From: Tubiluchus corallicola
Lineage: Eukaryota; Animalia; Priapulida
Length of the DNA stretch: 33,932 bases
Assembly: GCA_030141605.1 (NCBI GenBank)
Contig: JAQGDQ010001580.1
Location: 1 to 33,932, forward strand
Direction of reading: 5' to 3'
The stretch's first letter is position 1. The number at the start of each line of letters is the position of its first letter. Of the stretch, positions 1 to 10,920 are shown one piece after another. Position numbers and translations under genes: made by a program. A model generated the notes under the pieces. The model was not told the DNA's origin, ran no database searches, and saw only the letters and a list, made by a program, of their open reading frames with translations.

Positions 1-204
1 TCCCCTTGCAATTGTATTGTTAATGTAATACTTATTTTTCAAAGTAATTTGGTAGGAATCTTGGGTCCACGTTGGTTTGTGTGGTATGCACATCTTCAAA
101 AGTGTGGCAAAAGGATTTGTTATGCAAAGTGTGCATGGACTTTAATAACAGTTATCCTATTTGTTCAACTTGCTTGAAGTTAGCATATATAGGCTAAATT
201 TCAG

Positions 205-336
205 AAATACAGAGAACGACGGAAAATGAGACGGTACTTAGAGTTCAAAGATAAAGAAAAAGAGCGGGAAGAAATAAGCGAAGCCATTGATCAATGGCAG
301 AATGCTATATTTGAAAAACTGCGACAGGAAAAACAG
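205..336 (+). pseudogene. PDCD7-like exon (KYRERRKMRRYLEFKDKEKEREEISEAIDQWQNAIFEKLRQEKQ), inverted relative to the two preceding exons
   Basis: tttcag acceptor (ends 204), gtaatg donor (337), 132 nt open in phase 0/0. The E-x-x-IDxW coiled-coil segment resembles PDCD7 (U11/U12-59K) from memory. Confidence 0.55.
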
Positions 337-759
337 GTAATGAATTGACTTAGTTGTTAGTGAATTTTTTGTGTTAGTTAGTCAAATGACGAAGTTGACA
401 TTAAGTTTCCCTAAATTTTGTATTGTCTGGTAGTGTGCACTGACACATTTAATTGAGCATGTAGAAATAAACAAGTCTTCTAAATCTGCGGTGCACAAGC
501 ACATGTAAAAATGAAAAATAACAATGACATAATTCAACTCTCTATACCACTTATATCTCACTAAAAAATAATATTATTTAATTATTTAAGCCATAATAAA
601 CATGATCACAACAATGGCACAAAATAACTTCACTTATTATTAGTTTTTTTGCAAATAAATAACCAACTAAATGGATGTTTACAGCACGCTTACAAACACA
701 AAAGAATAGGCTAGCAACATTGTTGTTCGACTTACTAATTAATTCACTTTTAGTCTTAC

Positions 760-849
760 CTTGAGCTTCTGTGCTCGTTGCATTTGTTTAGTTGTTTTTT
801 GCAAAAATTCTTCCTTATGCAAACGGTCAACTATACTTGTGGCAAATTG
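760..849 (-). pseudogene. PDCD7-like exon (QFATSIVDRLHKEEFLQKTTKQMQRAQKLK)
   Basis: tacag acceptor (852-850), gtaaga donor (759), 90 nt open in phase 0/0. Joins in frame to 205-336. Confidence 0.5.
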
Positions 850-1013
850 CTGTACAAAAAGATGTGTATTTCAAAAATTAATTTCTGCACGAAAAAATGA
901 GTTACACCGAACACCAAAATTTTTAAGACAAAACGTTGTTTATTATTCCAGTAAAAATCTAATTAACTATAGCAGCGTACTAGAATAAGCAGAATGGCTT
1001 AATGTGTATCTAC

Positions 1014-1155
1014 CATAGTAGCTATAGATTTCTCCATTACATACTCCCAAGGATAGGTTGTCCTAGTCAGATGCTCCTCTAAAGTGCATTCCTTTTCTTT
1101 TAAAGCACTCAATAATGGCAAGGCTTTACAAAAGAGCAGTCTTTATATCGGCTAA
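1014..1155 (-). pseudogene. PDCD7-like exon with +1 frameshift (LADIKTAL/CKALPLLSALKEKECTLEEHLTRTTYPWEYVMEKSIATM)
   Basis: tttacag acceptor (1158-1156), gtagat donor (1013). Length 142 nt = 47 codons + 1. Removing one T from a TTTT run opens the frame. Confidence 0.45.
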
Positions 1156-1857
1156 CTGTAAACACAAGAATAAAAAAATCAATATTTCTTAATAAGTAGA
1201 ACAAACACTCAGCAGTACTGACAATATTGCATAAAAATGTTTCCTCAGATATGTGTCATATCAGAGGTTTTCTGTCACAGCAGTGATAATTTGAAGGTCA
1301 AGAAAACCTTTTACTTACATATCTTGTTCTTGTAATTATTAACACAGCAAACACGAAAGTTCTTTGCATAAGGTGTTTCTGCAGTCTTTATTTTCTAGAG
1401 AACTAGAAGAAACAAAAAATACATAAAATTTGCAGTAATGTACAATTTGAACAAACTACAGAAATTCGAACAAAATAATTACTCAGAAAATTGCTGTCTA
1501 ATTAATAAATTTAGATTTAAAAAAATCACTTACTTCATTCGGCTAGAGAGAGCACACTGTTTATGGTTTATGAAGCATGACATTAAATTTCTCATGTAAA
1601 AAATTGTATTATCCACCAATTACAAGTAAGTCTCTGCAATAACCAGTCAAGTCTGCCAGCAATTGCCCACTTGTCCCCTTTAGTTTTTGGCTCCCTCATG
1701 CGGGAAAAACAAAAAACGAATTATATGGGTAATTGGGTAATTTGCCCACAACAGTAATCAAATTAGAAAATTTCAAAATCGCTCACCACTATCGTACTTG
1801 TAATTACTGTATCAGTAAATTTCTGTCCGTGTCTTTCTACTGTTTGCTTTGTTGCAG

Positions 1858-1960
1858 TCAGAATCACCAAAGTGATCACATTGTAGAACGAACAGACATG
1901 CCGGCTGAATTAGTGCGGAATGTTACTGGAGAAATTACCTTGCAGCAAAGTGGTGTTCAG
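1858..1960 (+). pseudogene. SSUH2: Inverted duplicate of SSUH2-like coding exon 9
   Basis: ttgcag acceptor and gtaatg donor intact. Encodes the same QNHQSDHIVERTDMPAELVRNVTGEITLQQSGVQ as 2995-3097, with 4 synonymous differences. Confidence 0.85.
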
Positions 1961-3002
1961 GTAATGTAATAAGACTCGTCTAGTTCAGGTTGTTCAGGTA
2001 ATGTAATAAGACTCGTCTAGTTCAGGGTGTTCAGGTAATGTAATAAGACTCATCTAGTTCAGGTTGTTCAGGTAATGTAATAAGACTCATCTAGTTCAGG
2101 TTGTTCAGGTAATGTAATAAGACTCGTCTAGTTCAGGGTGTTCAGGTAATGTAATAAGACTCGTCTAGTTCAGGTTGTTCAGGTAATGTAATAAGACTCG
2201 TCTAGTTCAGGGTGTTCAGGTAATGTAATAAGACTCGTCTAGTTCAGGTTGTTCAGGTAATGTAATAAGACTCGTCTAGTTCCGGGTGTTCAGGTAATGT
2301 AATAAGACTCGTCTAGTTCCGGGTGTTCAGGTAATGTAATAAGACTCGTCTAGTTCAGCTTGTTCAGGTAATGTAATAAGACTCGTCTAGTTCAGGTTGT
2401 TCAGGTAATGTAATAAGACTCGTCTAGTTCAGGTTGTTCAGGTAATGTAATAAGACTCGTCTAGTTCAGGTTGTTCAGGTAATGTAATAAGACTCGTCTA
2501 GTTCAGGGTGTTCAGGTAAAAAAACCACGGGTGTTCAGGTAATGTAATAAGACTCGTCTAGTTCAGGGTGTTCAGGTAATGTAATAAGACTCGTCTAGTT
2601 CAGGTTGTTCAGGTAATGTAATAAGACTCGTCTAGTTCAGGGTGTTCAGGTAATGTAATAAGACTCGTCTAGTTCAGGGTGTTCAGGTAATGTAATAAGA
2701 CTCGTCTAGTTCAGGGTGTTCAGGTAATGTAATAAGACTCGTCTTATTACATTACCTGAACACCCGGAACTAGATGAGTCTTATTACATTACCTGAACAC
2801 CCTGAACTAGACGAGTCTTATTACATTACCTGAACAACCTGAACTAGACGAGTCTTATTACATTACCTGAACACCCGGAACTAGACGAGTCTTATTACAT
2901 TACCTGAACACCCGGAACTAGACGAGTCTAATTACATTACCTGAGTCTTATTACATTACGAACAACCTAAACTAGACGAGTCTTATTACATTACCTGAAC
3001 AC
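1952..3002. repeat. 36-bp minisatellite (GTTCAGGTAATGTAATAAGACTCGTCTAGTTCAGG[T/G]T): ~21 copies on + to 2740, then ~7 copies on -
   Basis: Directly visible tandem units. One interruption at ~2518-2529 (aaaaaaccac). Orientation switches at 2739-2740. Confidence 0.95.
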
Positions 3003-3097
3003 CACTCTGTTGCAAAGTAATTTCTCCAGTAACATTTCGCACTAATTCAGCCGGCATGTCTGTTCGTTCTACAATGTGATCACTTTGGTGATTCTGA
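2995..3097 (-). CDS. SSUH2: SSUH2-like coding exon 9 (last visible; F/QNHQSDHIVERTDMPAELVRNVTGEITLQQSGVQ)
   Basis: ttgcag acceptor, gtaatg donor, 103 nt, phase 2 to 0. Matches the post-zinc-finger region of SSUH2 proteins from memory. Confidence 0.85.
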
Positions 3098-4284
3098 CTG
3101 CAACAAAAAAAACAGTAGAAGGACAGGGACAGAAATTTACTGATACGGTAATTGCAAGGACGATAGTGGTGAGCAATTTTGAAATTTTCTAATTTGATTA
3201 CTGTTATGGGCAAATTACCCAATTACCCATATAATTTGTTTTTTATTTTTCCCACATGAGGGAGCCAAAAACTAAAGGGGACAAGTTGGCAATTGCTGGC
3301 AGACTTGACTGGTTATTGCAGAGACTTACTTGTAATGTGGATAATGCAATTTTTATATGAGAAATTTAATGTCATGCTTCATAAACCATAAACAGTGTGC
3401 TCTCTCTAGCCGAATGAAGTAAGTGATTTTTGTAAATCTAAGTTTATTAATTAGATAGCAATTTTCTGTGTAATTTTTTTGTTCAAATTTCTGTATTTTT
3501 TGTTCAAATTACATTACTGAAAATTTTATGTATTCTTTTGTTTTTTCTCCTTTAGAAAATAAACACTGCCAGTAGACACCTTATGAAAGGAACTGTCGTG
3601 TTTTGCTGTGTTAATAATTACAATCTTGTTCTTGTAATTCGATATCACAATTAATCTTTTGGAGTAATTTGTTAGTGTTGTAGCTGCATTTTTCAAACAT
3701 TCCACCACTGAAATGTAGCCTATAAACTTCTTCATGGCTTTCATCGCTATCCGCCATTTTCATACTCGCAAACTATTTTTATAGACACGTCCATTCATTA
3801 ACTACTCTATTACGATATCACTACACATGTCAGGTGTTAACTCTAATCTAATCTAAATCAAATCCGTCTCATGGTGTATAAAATGTAACCATTCTTAATA
3901 TTTAGCAATATACACTACATTTCAGGGCAATTTACAAATGACAAATATTATCTAAAAGGAAAATTTTAACATTGTCAGTCTGAGAAAATATGGCCCAAAT
4001 TTTACTAAGAAATATAATCAATTAAGTACAGAATTTACACGGCCATTTGCATAGGCACAGAAGCAAGAGAGCCCAAAATATTGACGACAATCAGTAGTGG
4101 GTGAGTTATAAAAAAATACCTATCTGCGGCCATATTTCACAACTTAAGCCATGTTAGTTTTGAAAGTTTTAGCACCTGTAATTTGGCAAAATAAGGCTAT
4201 TTAGCTCTTTCAACGTAACACAATCAGCTATGTCAAGTTATAGCTAAAAATACCACTTCCACTAAAGTGTGAAAAATGACTTAC

Positions 4285-4377
4285 AACAATATGGTCAACT
4301 GAATAAAATTCTTTAGCTGTCGATAACCTTGACACAGCTGACATACAGTCCTACCATCACCCATACATGTGTGGCAG
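4285..4377 (-). CDS. SSUH2: SSUH2-like coding exon 8 (CHTCMGDGRTVCQLCQGYRQLKNFIQLTIL)
   Basis: tttcag acceptor, gtaagt donor, 93 nt, phase 2/2. Two CxxCxG repeats. Confidence 0.9.
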
Positions 4378-4916
4378 CTGAAAGATAATAAGTAAGGCAT
4401 TTAACACATGAGAGGATTCAAAATGAAAACATTTCGTACAAAAACGAACTAGTCACATTATTGTCTTGGCTGCTGTTAAGGCCAGTGTGAACCTGACTTA
4501 ATAAATTTTAATTTTGTAGCGAAGGTGGCTCCATCTAGCTAGAAAGTTTAAAGTGTGGGCACTGACCTAGTTACGTTTGTCATTATGCTGTTCTGTTGTA
4601 GGAGTGATCATGTGTCTTGTACAAGCTTGTGAAATTTTTCATTTAGATATATGCCGCAACAATGTAAGTTTACTTCTATTAATTTTTGTTTTGATTTATT
4701 CACTGATATTTATGAATGTGCTAAATAACTGTCTAAACTAAATCTAACTAAACTATGTAACTTTTCATAAAATTAGCCAATGTCAGTCACTTTTGCTTTT
4801 CTATTTTTTTGTTTTAAACATTGCAGAAATAAAGATCGGGGGTTTATATGAAAATTCAACTGAGACTTTTGAAGTTGTCATAAATGCCTCTCAGAGACAC
4901 TAACAGCTGCCTTTTA

Positions 4917-6071
4917 CAGTAAGTCCTCGCTTAACAGCTTCCCGTTTTGCAACGTTTCATTTTAACGACGCTGAACATTTGACACCGTTTTTCATTTAAC
5001 GACGCGCATTTTTTTACTTTGCTCAAAGCGAATTTTTATTTTATAAACAACATTTTTACGAAAATTGAAGCATTAAAACATCACATATTGCCTTATTCTG
5101 TTCTAAAGTGACACTAGCAATAAAAACGGTACAATTACTATATACAGTCGACCCTCGTTAAACCGGACCCCGTTAGCCCGGATATCGGATAAGACGGACG
5201 TCATCCGTGGTAAAGGAAACTGACCAATTTCCGTCCGAGCCGGAGCGCTAAACACAACACGGCCTACCAACTCACCACGTGCCATTGACGGGCCGAAGCG
5301 GCTCGCGGTGCCACCCAGGCTGCCACGATTCCCGCCAAAATTCAGTTTGCTTACCCCATCGAAAGCACTCGCTAATTTCTTTATCCTCACAGGTTAACTA
5401 TTTTAAAGTAATATACAGTATAGTATATAGTGCAATGTATATAGGCCTTATTAAGGTGATTATTCCTGTATAATATAGACCATATGTAGGCATATCGGAT
5501 AAATCGGACAATCGGCTAAACCGGACACTCCTCCCCCCACCCCCCACCCAATTAGTCTGGTTTAACGAGGGCTGAGTGTATGCACTTGCATCTTGACTGA
5601 CTACTAAATGTAGCATTTGCATTTGTGAGAACTGTGTGATACTCATACGCCTCATATGTATAGACAAATAAGTGCAAACTTTATGCGAAGGAATTTTGCC
5701 TGCAACCTGTTGCTATAGCAACCACACGAAGTATCTAAATGTACCAAATTCGGCCCAAGGTTAGGATTTGACTATGTAATACTTATTGTTTAACCGATGT
5801 CTTAGCCTATCTAGGCTTCAACGTTAACGCAAGAGAAACAGCTAGGTAGACAGGTAAGAAAGATTGGTGGTTTTAAGCAAGCAGAAAGAAATTAGTCGGT
5901 AGAAATGTGAATGAAACTCATAAACTGTTTAATTTATGTGATTTAAGCAGCATCAATTTTGACCTTTGAAACATATCTCAATTCACTTTCTATGGAAGGC
6001 TTGGCTTCGCTTAAAGATGTTTCACTTAATGTTGCCGGAACGCATTAGCGTCGTTAAGTGAGAACTTACTG
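4917..6071. mobile_element. Tc1/mariner-pogo(Tigger)-like MITE, family A (contains nested MITE B)
   Basis: TA-CAGTAAGTCCTCGCTTAAC ... GTTAAGTGAGAACTTACTG-TA TIRs. A related inverted copy lies at 24856-26080. Confidence 0.8.
5145..5578. mobile_element. pogo/Tigger-like MITE, family B, nested in MITE A
   Basis: TA-CAGTCGACCCTCGTTAAACC ... GGTTTAACGAGGGCTGAGTG-TA. A partial copy lies at 9485-9646. Confidence 0.85.
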
Positions 6072-6412
6072 TAAGCAAGTTGATCAGCCGCCAGACTGAA
6101 GATGTGCTTAATTCATTGGCATTCTATAAAGCTAATGATACATTTGCGTTCGAGAATGGCGTGCGTGTTTAGCGTCTCGGGTAACACGTGCTGCTGGAGG
6201 TGATACACTAGAGCAACTAGATTGGCGCGTGATGCTAGAAATACGGTACTTGCTTATTTGGCGGGAATTTGTGTTACCTCGTTAACTGTGGGCCGTGGAA
6301 GATAAAAAATTGATTGTTTGATGAAAAAGAAGAAGAAGAAGAAGAAATAGGATAATTTGGCAGCACGAATGACTAGCTAAGAGGTATGAACACGGGGCTC
6401 ACCACAAACTGT

Positions 6413-6675
6413 CAGGGCCTATTTCAGCCTAGGCGAGGCCTGGGGAAGTGGGGCGTGTGAGGCCCCCTGGGGGGGGGGGGCGCTACCATGGTTGGCGCCC
6501 AGAAAATTTTGAACTGCTAGAACGCCGGATAGGGAAATTTTCGAAGAGAAAATATGGAGTTATACAGTTGTTAAAGGAAAGAACAATTGAAAGAAAAACT
6601 GCTTTATTCTCAAGACCAGTCCTTAATACTTGTCAATACTGGCAAACGGCGCGCGTGCGGCAAGAGAGAGAGAGA

Positions 6676-6727
<52 letters not shown>

Positions 6728-6848
6728 AGAGAGGAGGAGGAGGCAGTATGTTCGCATAAAGCAAAAAAATGTTACCTTCACACGAGGCCCCCCTGGAGGG
6801 TGAGGCCCCGGGGAAGCATCCCCACTCCCCCCCTTGAAATAGGCCCTG
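6413..6848. mobile_element. hAT-like MITE carrying a (GA)n tract
   Basis: TIR CAGGGCCTATTTCA / TGAAATAGGCCCTG. 8-bp TSD CAAACTGT at 6405-6412 and 6849-6856. Confidence 0.9.
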
Positions 6849-7925
6849 CAAACTGTTGCCTGTTTAAACAATCTTCTTATAACATTTGCATATAAAAATT
6901 TTTTACGAATGCTGCTCAAACATTCGGTGAATTAGTTGATTTGGTTACACCTTTCATTGAGTGTCGGAACACTAAATTTCGATAATGACAGTAAAAAAGT
7001 GACATCACTTCTGCAGATGATTGGCTGCTGCATTGCTGACATCACGCACGCCAGAAACAACTGCTCAAAAAAAGAAGGACCGTCCATTTCTCGCGAGCAG
7101 TTGCGTGTCTTAAGTCGCAAACGTGCGTCGCACCTGCCTAGTGTGTCACTATAGCTTGACAGCAAGTACATTCTATTTTAGGCGCGACCAGCTGCCACGC
7201 ACGCACGCGAGTCGCGAATGCAGATGTATCATTAGCTTAAGCAAGGTGATAACTAAATTTAAACAGGACATTCACAGTGTGGGTGTCAAGCAATTTAATC
7301 TAGCATTCTACAATTATTTTTTTTTTGTATTTTTATAAACATGCATTTCCTGAAAGTGTTTAAAACAAAGCCAGCCTTAGTCATGTGACCTAAGCTTTAG
7401 TAGTATACGCCATCTATCAATCACAAATGTTCTTACACGTAGTTACACTTTCTGTTGCCGCTATGCTGATCATGCCGTTTGGTGATACTTGCATTGCTTT
7501 GTCTATTTTGTTACAATTTAACAGACACTAGTTGTATTTTCAAGCCAAAGTTGTCACCAGTAAATGTAAGTCACCATCTACTTTAATAATTAGTTAATAG
7601 TTTAAATTGGTTAGAATTGCTTCAAATTTCTAGAATCAAAAGTAATAATTTGTGTTTCAGTCTTCTTAAATCTAATTTTTTATTTTGTCTAAATAGTAAT
7701 AACCTTTAGCATGTTCTTAAGCACTTTTTGTGATCTGTTATTTTAATAAATTGCAGGTCTATCGCGCAGTTCAGTACTGATTTTTGCCGTTTCTTTGCCT
7801 CTACTGGGCGCATCCACACACACAGATATAAACACTAACAATTCAAAGCAAATTTAAACTAAACTATTATGAAACAAAAATAAAGATCCTCATTCACAAA
7901 ACAAAAGTCTAGAATCAGTTGCTAC

Positions 7926-8080
7926 CTTTTCACTCCCAAGCCGTGACATGAGAAACAGCGACGTCTGTGGTCTCCCGCTCCACTATGTCCACGACCGTGA
8001 CAATGAACACAGCGGACACGTCCCAGCCCCTGGCAGTGATGACACCGGTTGAAACCACTAGCTCCGCAACCGTGGCATTG
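7926..8080 (-). CDS. SSUH2: SSUH2-like coding exon 7, DnaJ-type CxxCxGxG zinc-finger repeats
   Basis: tttacag acceptor, gtagca donor, 155 nt, phase 0 to 2. QCHGCGASG...CHHCQGLG...CVHCHGRG...CFSCHGLG. Confidence 0.92.
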
Positions 8081-8516
8081 CTGTAAATCATGACGTAACG
8101 GTAAATAAGACAAACGTTTCTTATGCCAAAGGCACGGGAATTAGGCAATCAGTAAGTCAGTCAGTTGGTCATAAATCAGATAACCAGAAACAGTCAGTCA
8201 GTAAAAAGTGGACTAATCGGCAAAAAAATTAATCTTAGCTATGAGAATTGACTTTGAGAAGTATCGTCTTTGGGTAAGCTAGTTGCCAAGTCTGCCTAGG
8301 AACTGGATGGGGGACCTTCAGTTGTCCATTCTATTAGTCTTAACAATCAAAACTCTCCCAAGCAGTAATGTTATGTAAATTCAATCATTAATAACCAGGC
8401 AATGCTGTTTCATGACACTGGCAAAAAAAATTGCAAAACAACGGGTTACTAATCACAACTTGTAATAAACAGGAGTGACCACCTGCAGAAGTTGTACTAA
8501 CTAAAGTAGAACTTAC

Positions 8517-8641
8517 GGTAACATTAGCAGTATGAGGCACTTCCACGTTGTACGTTTCATTACCAAACAGATTTTGAAATTTGCAGGGTATCTCCCAGGG
8601 ACCGGGAGAGGCACCATATTGGGGACCGTCGATAGGCTGCC
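8517..8641 (-). CDS. SSUH2: SSUH2-like coding exon 6 (QPIDGPQYGASPGPWEIPC...EVPHTANVT)
   Basis: ttccag acceptor, gtaagt donor, 125 nt, phase 1 to 0. IDGP..G..P.PW and VPHT motifs are typical of SSUH2. Confidence 0.92.
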
Positions 8642-8839
8642 CTGGAACATGATAACAGTGATTTGCAAAAATTCACAAAATGTAAACTGCATAGACAGAT
8701 ACTAAACTGATAATGCAATTCAAGATTCGCTTGGCTTTAGGTCAGTAGCTAGTCAAAAATTCACCAAAATATGGACTCCATAATATACGTGAAAAAATAT
8801 AATTAGTCTCTCTTACTCCAGGATTCTTATTTCAGTACA

Positions 8840-9066
8840 ACATACATACATACATACATACATACATACATACATACATACATACATACATACATACATA
8901 CATACATACATACATACATACATACATACATACATACATACATACATACATACATACATACATACATACATACATACATACATACATACATACATACATA
9001 CATACATACATACATACATACATACATACATACATACATACATACATACATACATTACATACATAC
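8840..9066. repeat. (CATA)n microsatellite, ~55 units
   Basis: Perfect tetranucleotide run; it explains the MYVC ORFs. Confidence 0.99.
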
Positions 9067-9484
9067 TTACGTACTTACGTACTTAAATATACTATTTATT
9101 TATCACTTAGTTACTCATAGTTTTGGTTTATTTTAGTGGTTTACTTTGGGGGAAGGAATAATTTGTTTTGTCTTTCTTATTGTGGTCTTTTGTATCGCTT
9201 CTCTTTCACGATCGTTTTATAGTACATTGCGTTGGAAAAATACGCTAAACTGCAGGTTTAGAGTTCAACGCGGTTTTCTGTTTGCTGTTGCAACCATGTG
9301 GCATTTTGATAAGAGATATGAATGATAAGAGATAACCTTTTCCAATTAGCCAAACTGTGAAACAGTTCAAAGGTTGCTTCATCAGAGACAGAGTGTTTAC
9401 AGAGTGACTAACCAAAAGTTACTGCCTCTGTGTCAGCTTTTTCATTACCTTTTTATAACAACAAAACGTTTCACTGAATCAGGA

Positions 9485-9646
9485 AGTATAGTATATAGTG
9501 CAATGTATATAGGCCTTATTAAGGTGATTATTCTTGTATAATATAGACCATATATAGGCATATCGGACAATCGGCTAAACCGGACCACCACCACCACCAC
9601 CACCACCCCCCCCCCCCAATTAGTCCGGTTTAACGAGGGTTGACTG
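9485..9646. mobile_element. 3' fragment of MITE family B
   Basis: Near-identical to 5416-5578 and ends GGTTTAACGAGGGTTGACTG-TA. Confidence 0.8.
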
Positions 9647-10278
9647 TAAGTGTGATAACTTAGCCGTAACAGGATACTTAATGCTTGTTTAAAGAAAAAC
9701 AAAATTATTTTTGAGATCCAGTCTAAGTTTGCAGTGCAGTGAAAAGTATACATTTTATCACCTATAATAATGCCAAAATGTTTCTGATAATTAAATATTA
9801 GCTTAAATTCTTAATTAACAGATGATAATCATAGTGACATCACAACTGAACATAATTTCCAACAGCACTAACATTCCACAAGTGTATTGCACGTGTTTGA
9901 GAAAACGAAAATTGAAGTACAGTGCCACTGTACAATATTCGCAAAAACTTGGCAAATTTTAGATTTAAATTTCAAGATGCCGACGTGTGCACTGCACCGC
10001 AGCTGAACACCTCTGAACTGAGAGGTACGACACCTGTTTTTTGTGGAACACGCTTCCAAGATGCAGGCGCTAATGCCAATCTAACTAGCAAACAGTGAAT
10101 AATAGTGGAGAACAAGCCGCACAACCATGAAATTATGTTATATAATTCTTTCACGTATGTTATTCTTGAAAAAATGGTGCGTCTCGTTCAATATTTTGTA
10201 GGATAGATTATTTTTAGCTATAGCTTATGGTTGAGTGCGGTTTTCCACGAAAATAATGAAGTAAGGATAACTCAAAAC

Positions 10279-10757
<479 letters not shown>

Positions 10758-10834
10758 GAGCAGATAAAATAGTCCCGAACAGAAAACAGCACATCAAAAT
10801 TTAAAATAGATTTTATTTATCACTTGAATCATAC

Positions 10835-10895
10835 CTGTATAAGGCTGGCTTGCCCAAGCGGAACTTCGTTTCTCTGTGTAAGTTTCTAAAACGTA
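10835..10895 (-). CDS. SSUH2: SSUH2-like coding exon 5 (YVLETYTEKRSSAWASQPYT)
   Basis: ttctag acceptor, gtatga donor, 61 nt, phase 0 to 1. Y.LE.(F/Y)TE.R...W..PY motif. Confidence 0.9.
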
Positions 10896-10920
10896 CTAGA
10901 AAAATAGATATTAATTAATA

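Larger units (their letters stand above)
1330..3623. repeat. Large inverted duplication (fold-back): unique arms ~1330-1960 and ~2995-3623 around an orientation-switching minisatellite
   Basis: Arms are reverse complements with scattered substitutions and indels (the ORF track shows near-identical 78-aa ORFs at 1733+ and 3222-). Centre is AATAAGAC-TC-GTCTTATT at 2731-2748. ATCTTGTTCT occurs at both 1321-1330 and 3623-3632. Confidence 0.95.

Noticed and set aside
1952-3002. 36-bp repeat as a CRISPR repeat
   Set aside because: No spacers; the unit derives from an exon/intron junction.
6448-6919. ER/LS-rich ORFs (also 10374-10804)
   Set aside because: Translations of (GA)n tracts inside a MITE.
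8813-9064. (MYVC)n ORFs
   Set aside because: Artefact of the (CATA)n microsatellite.
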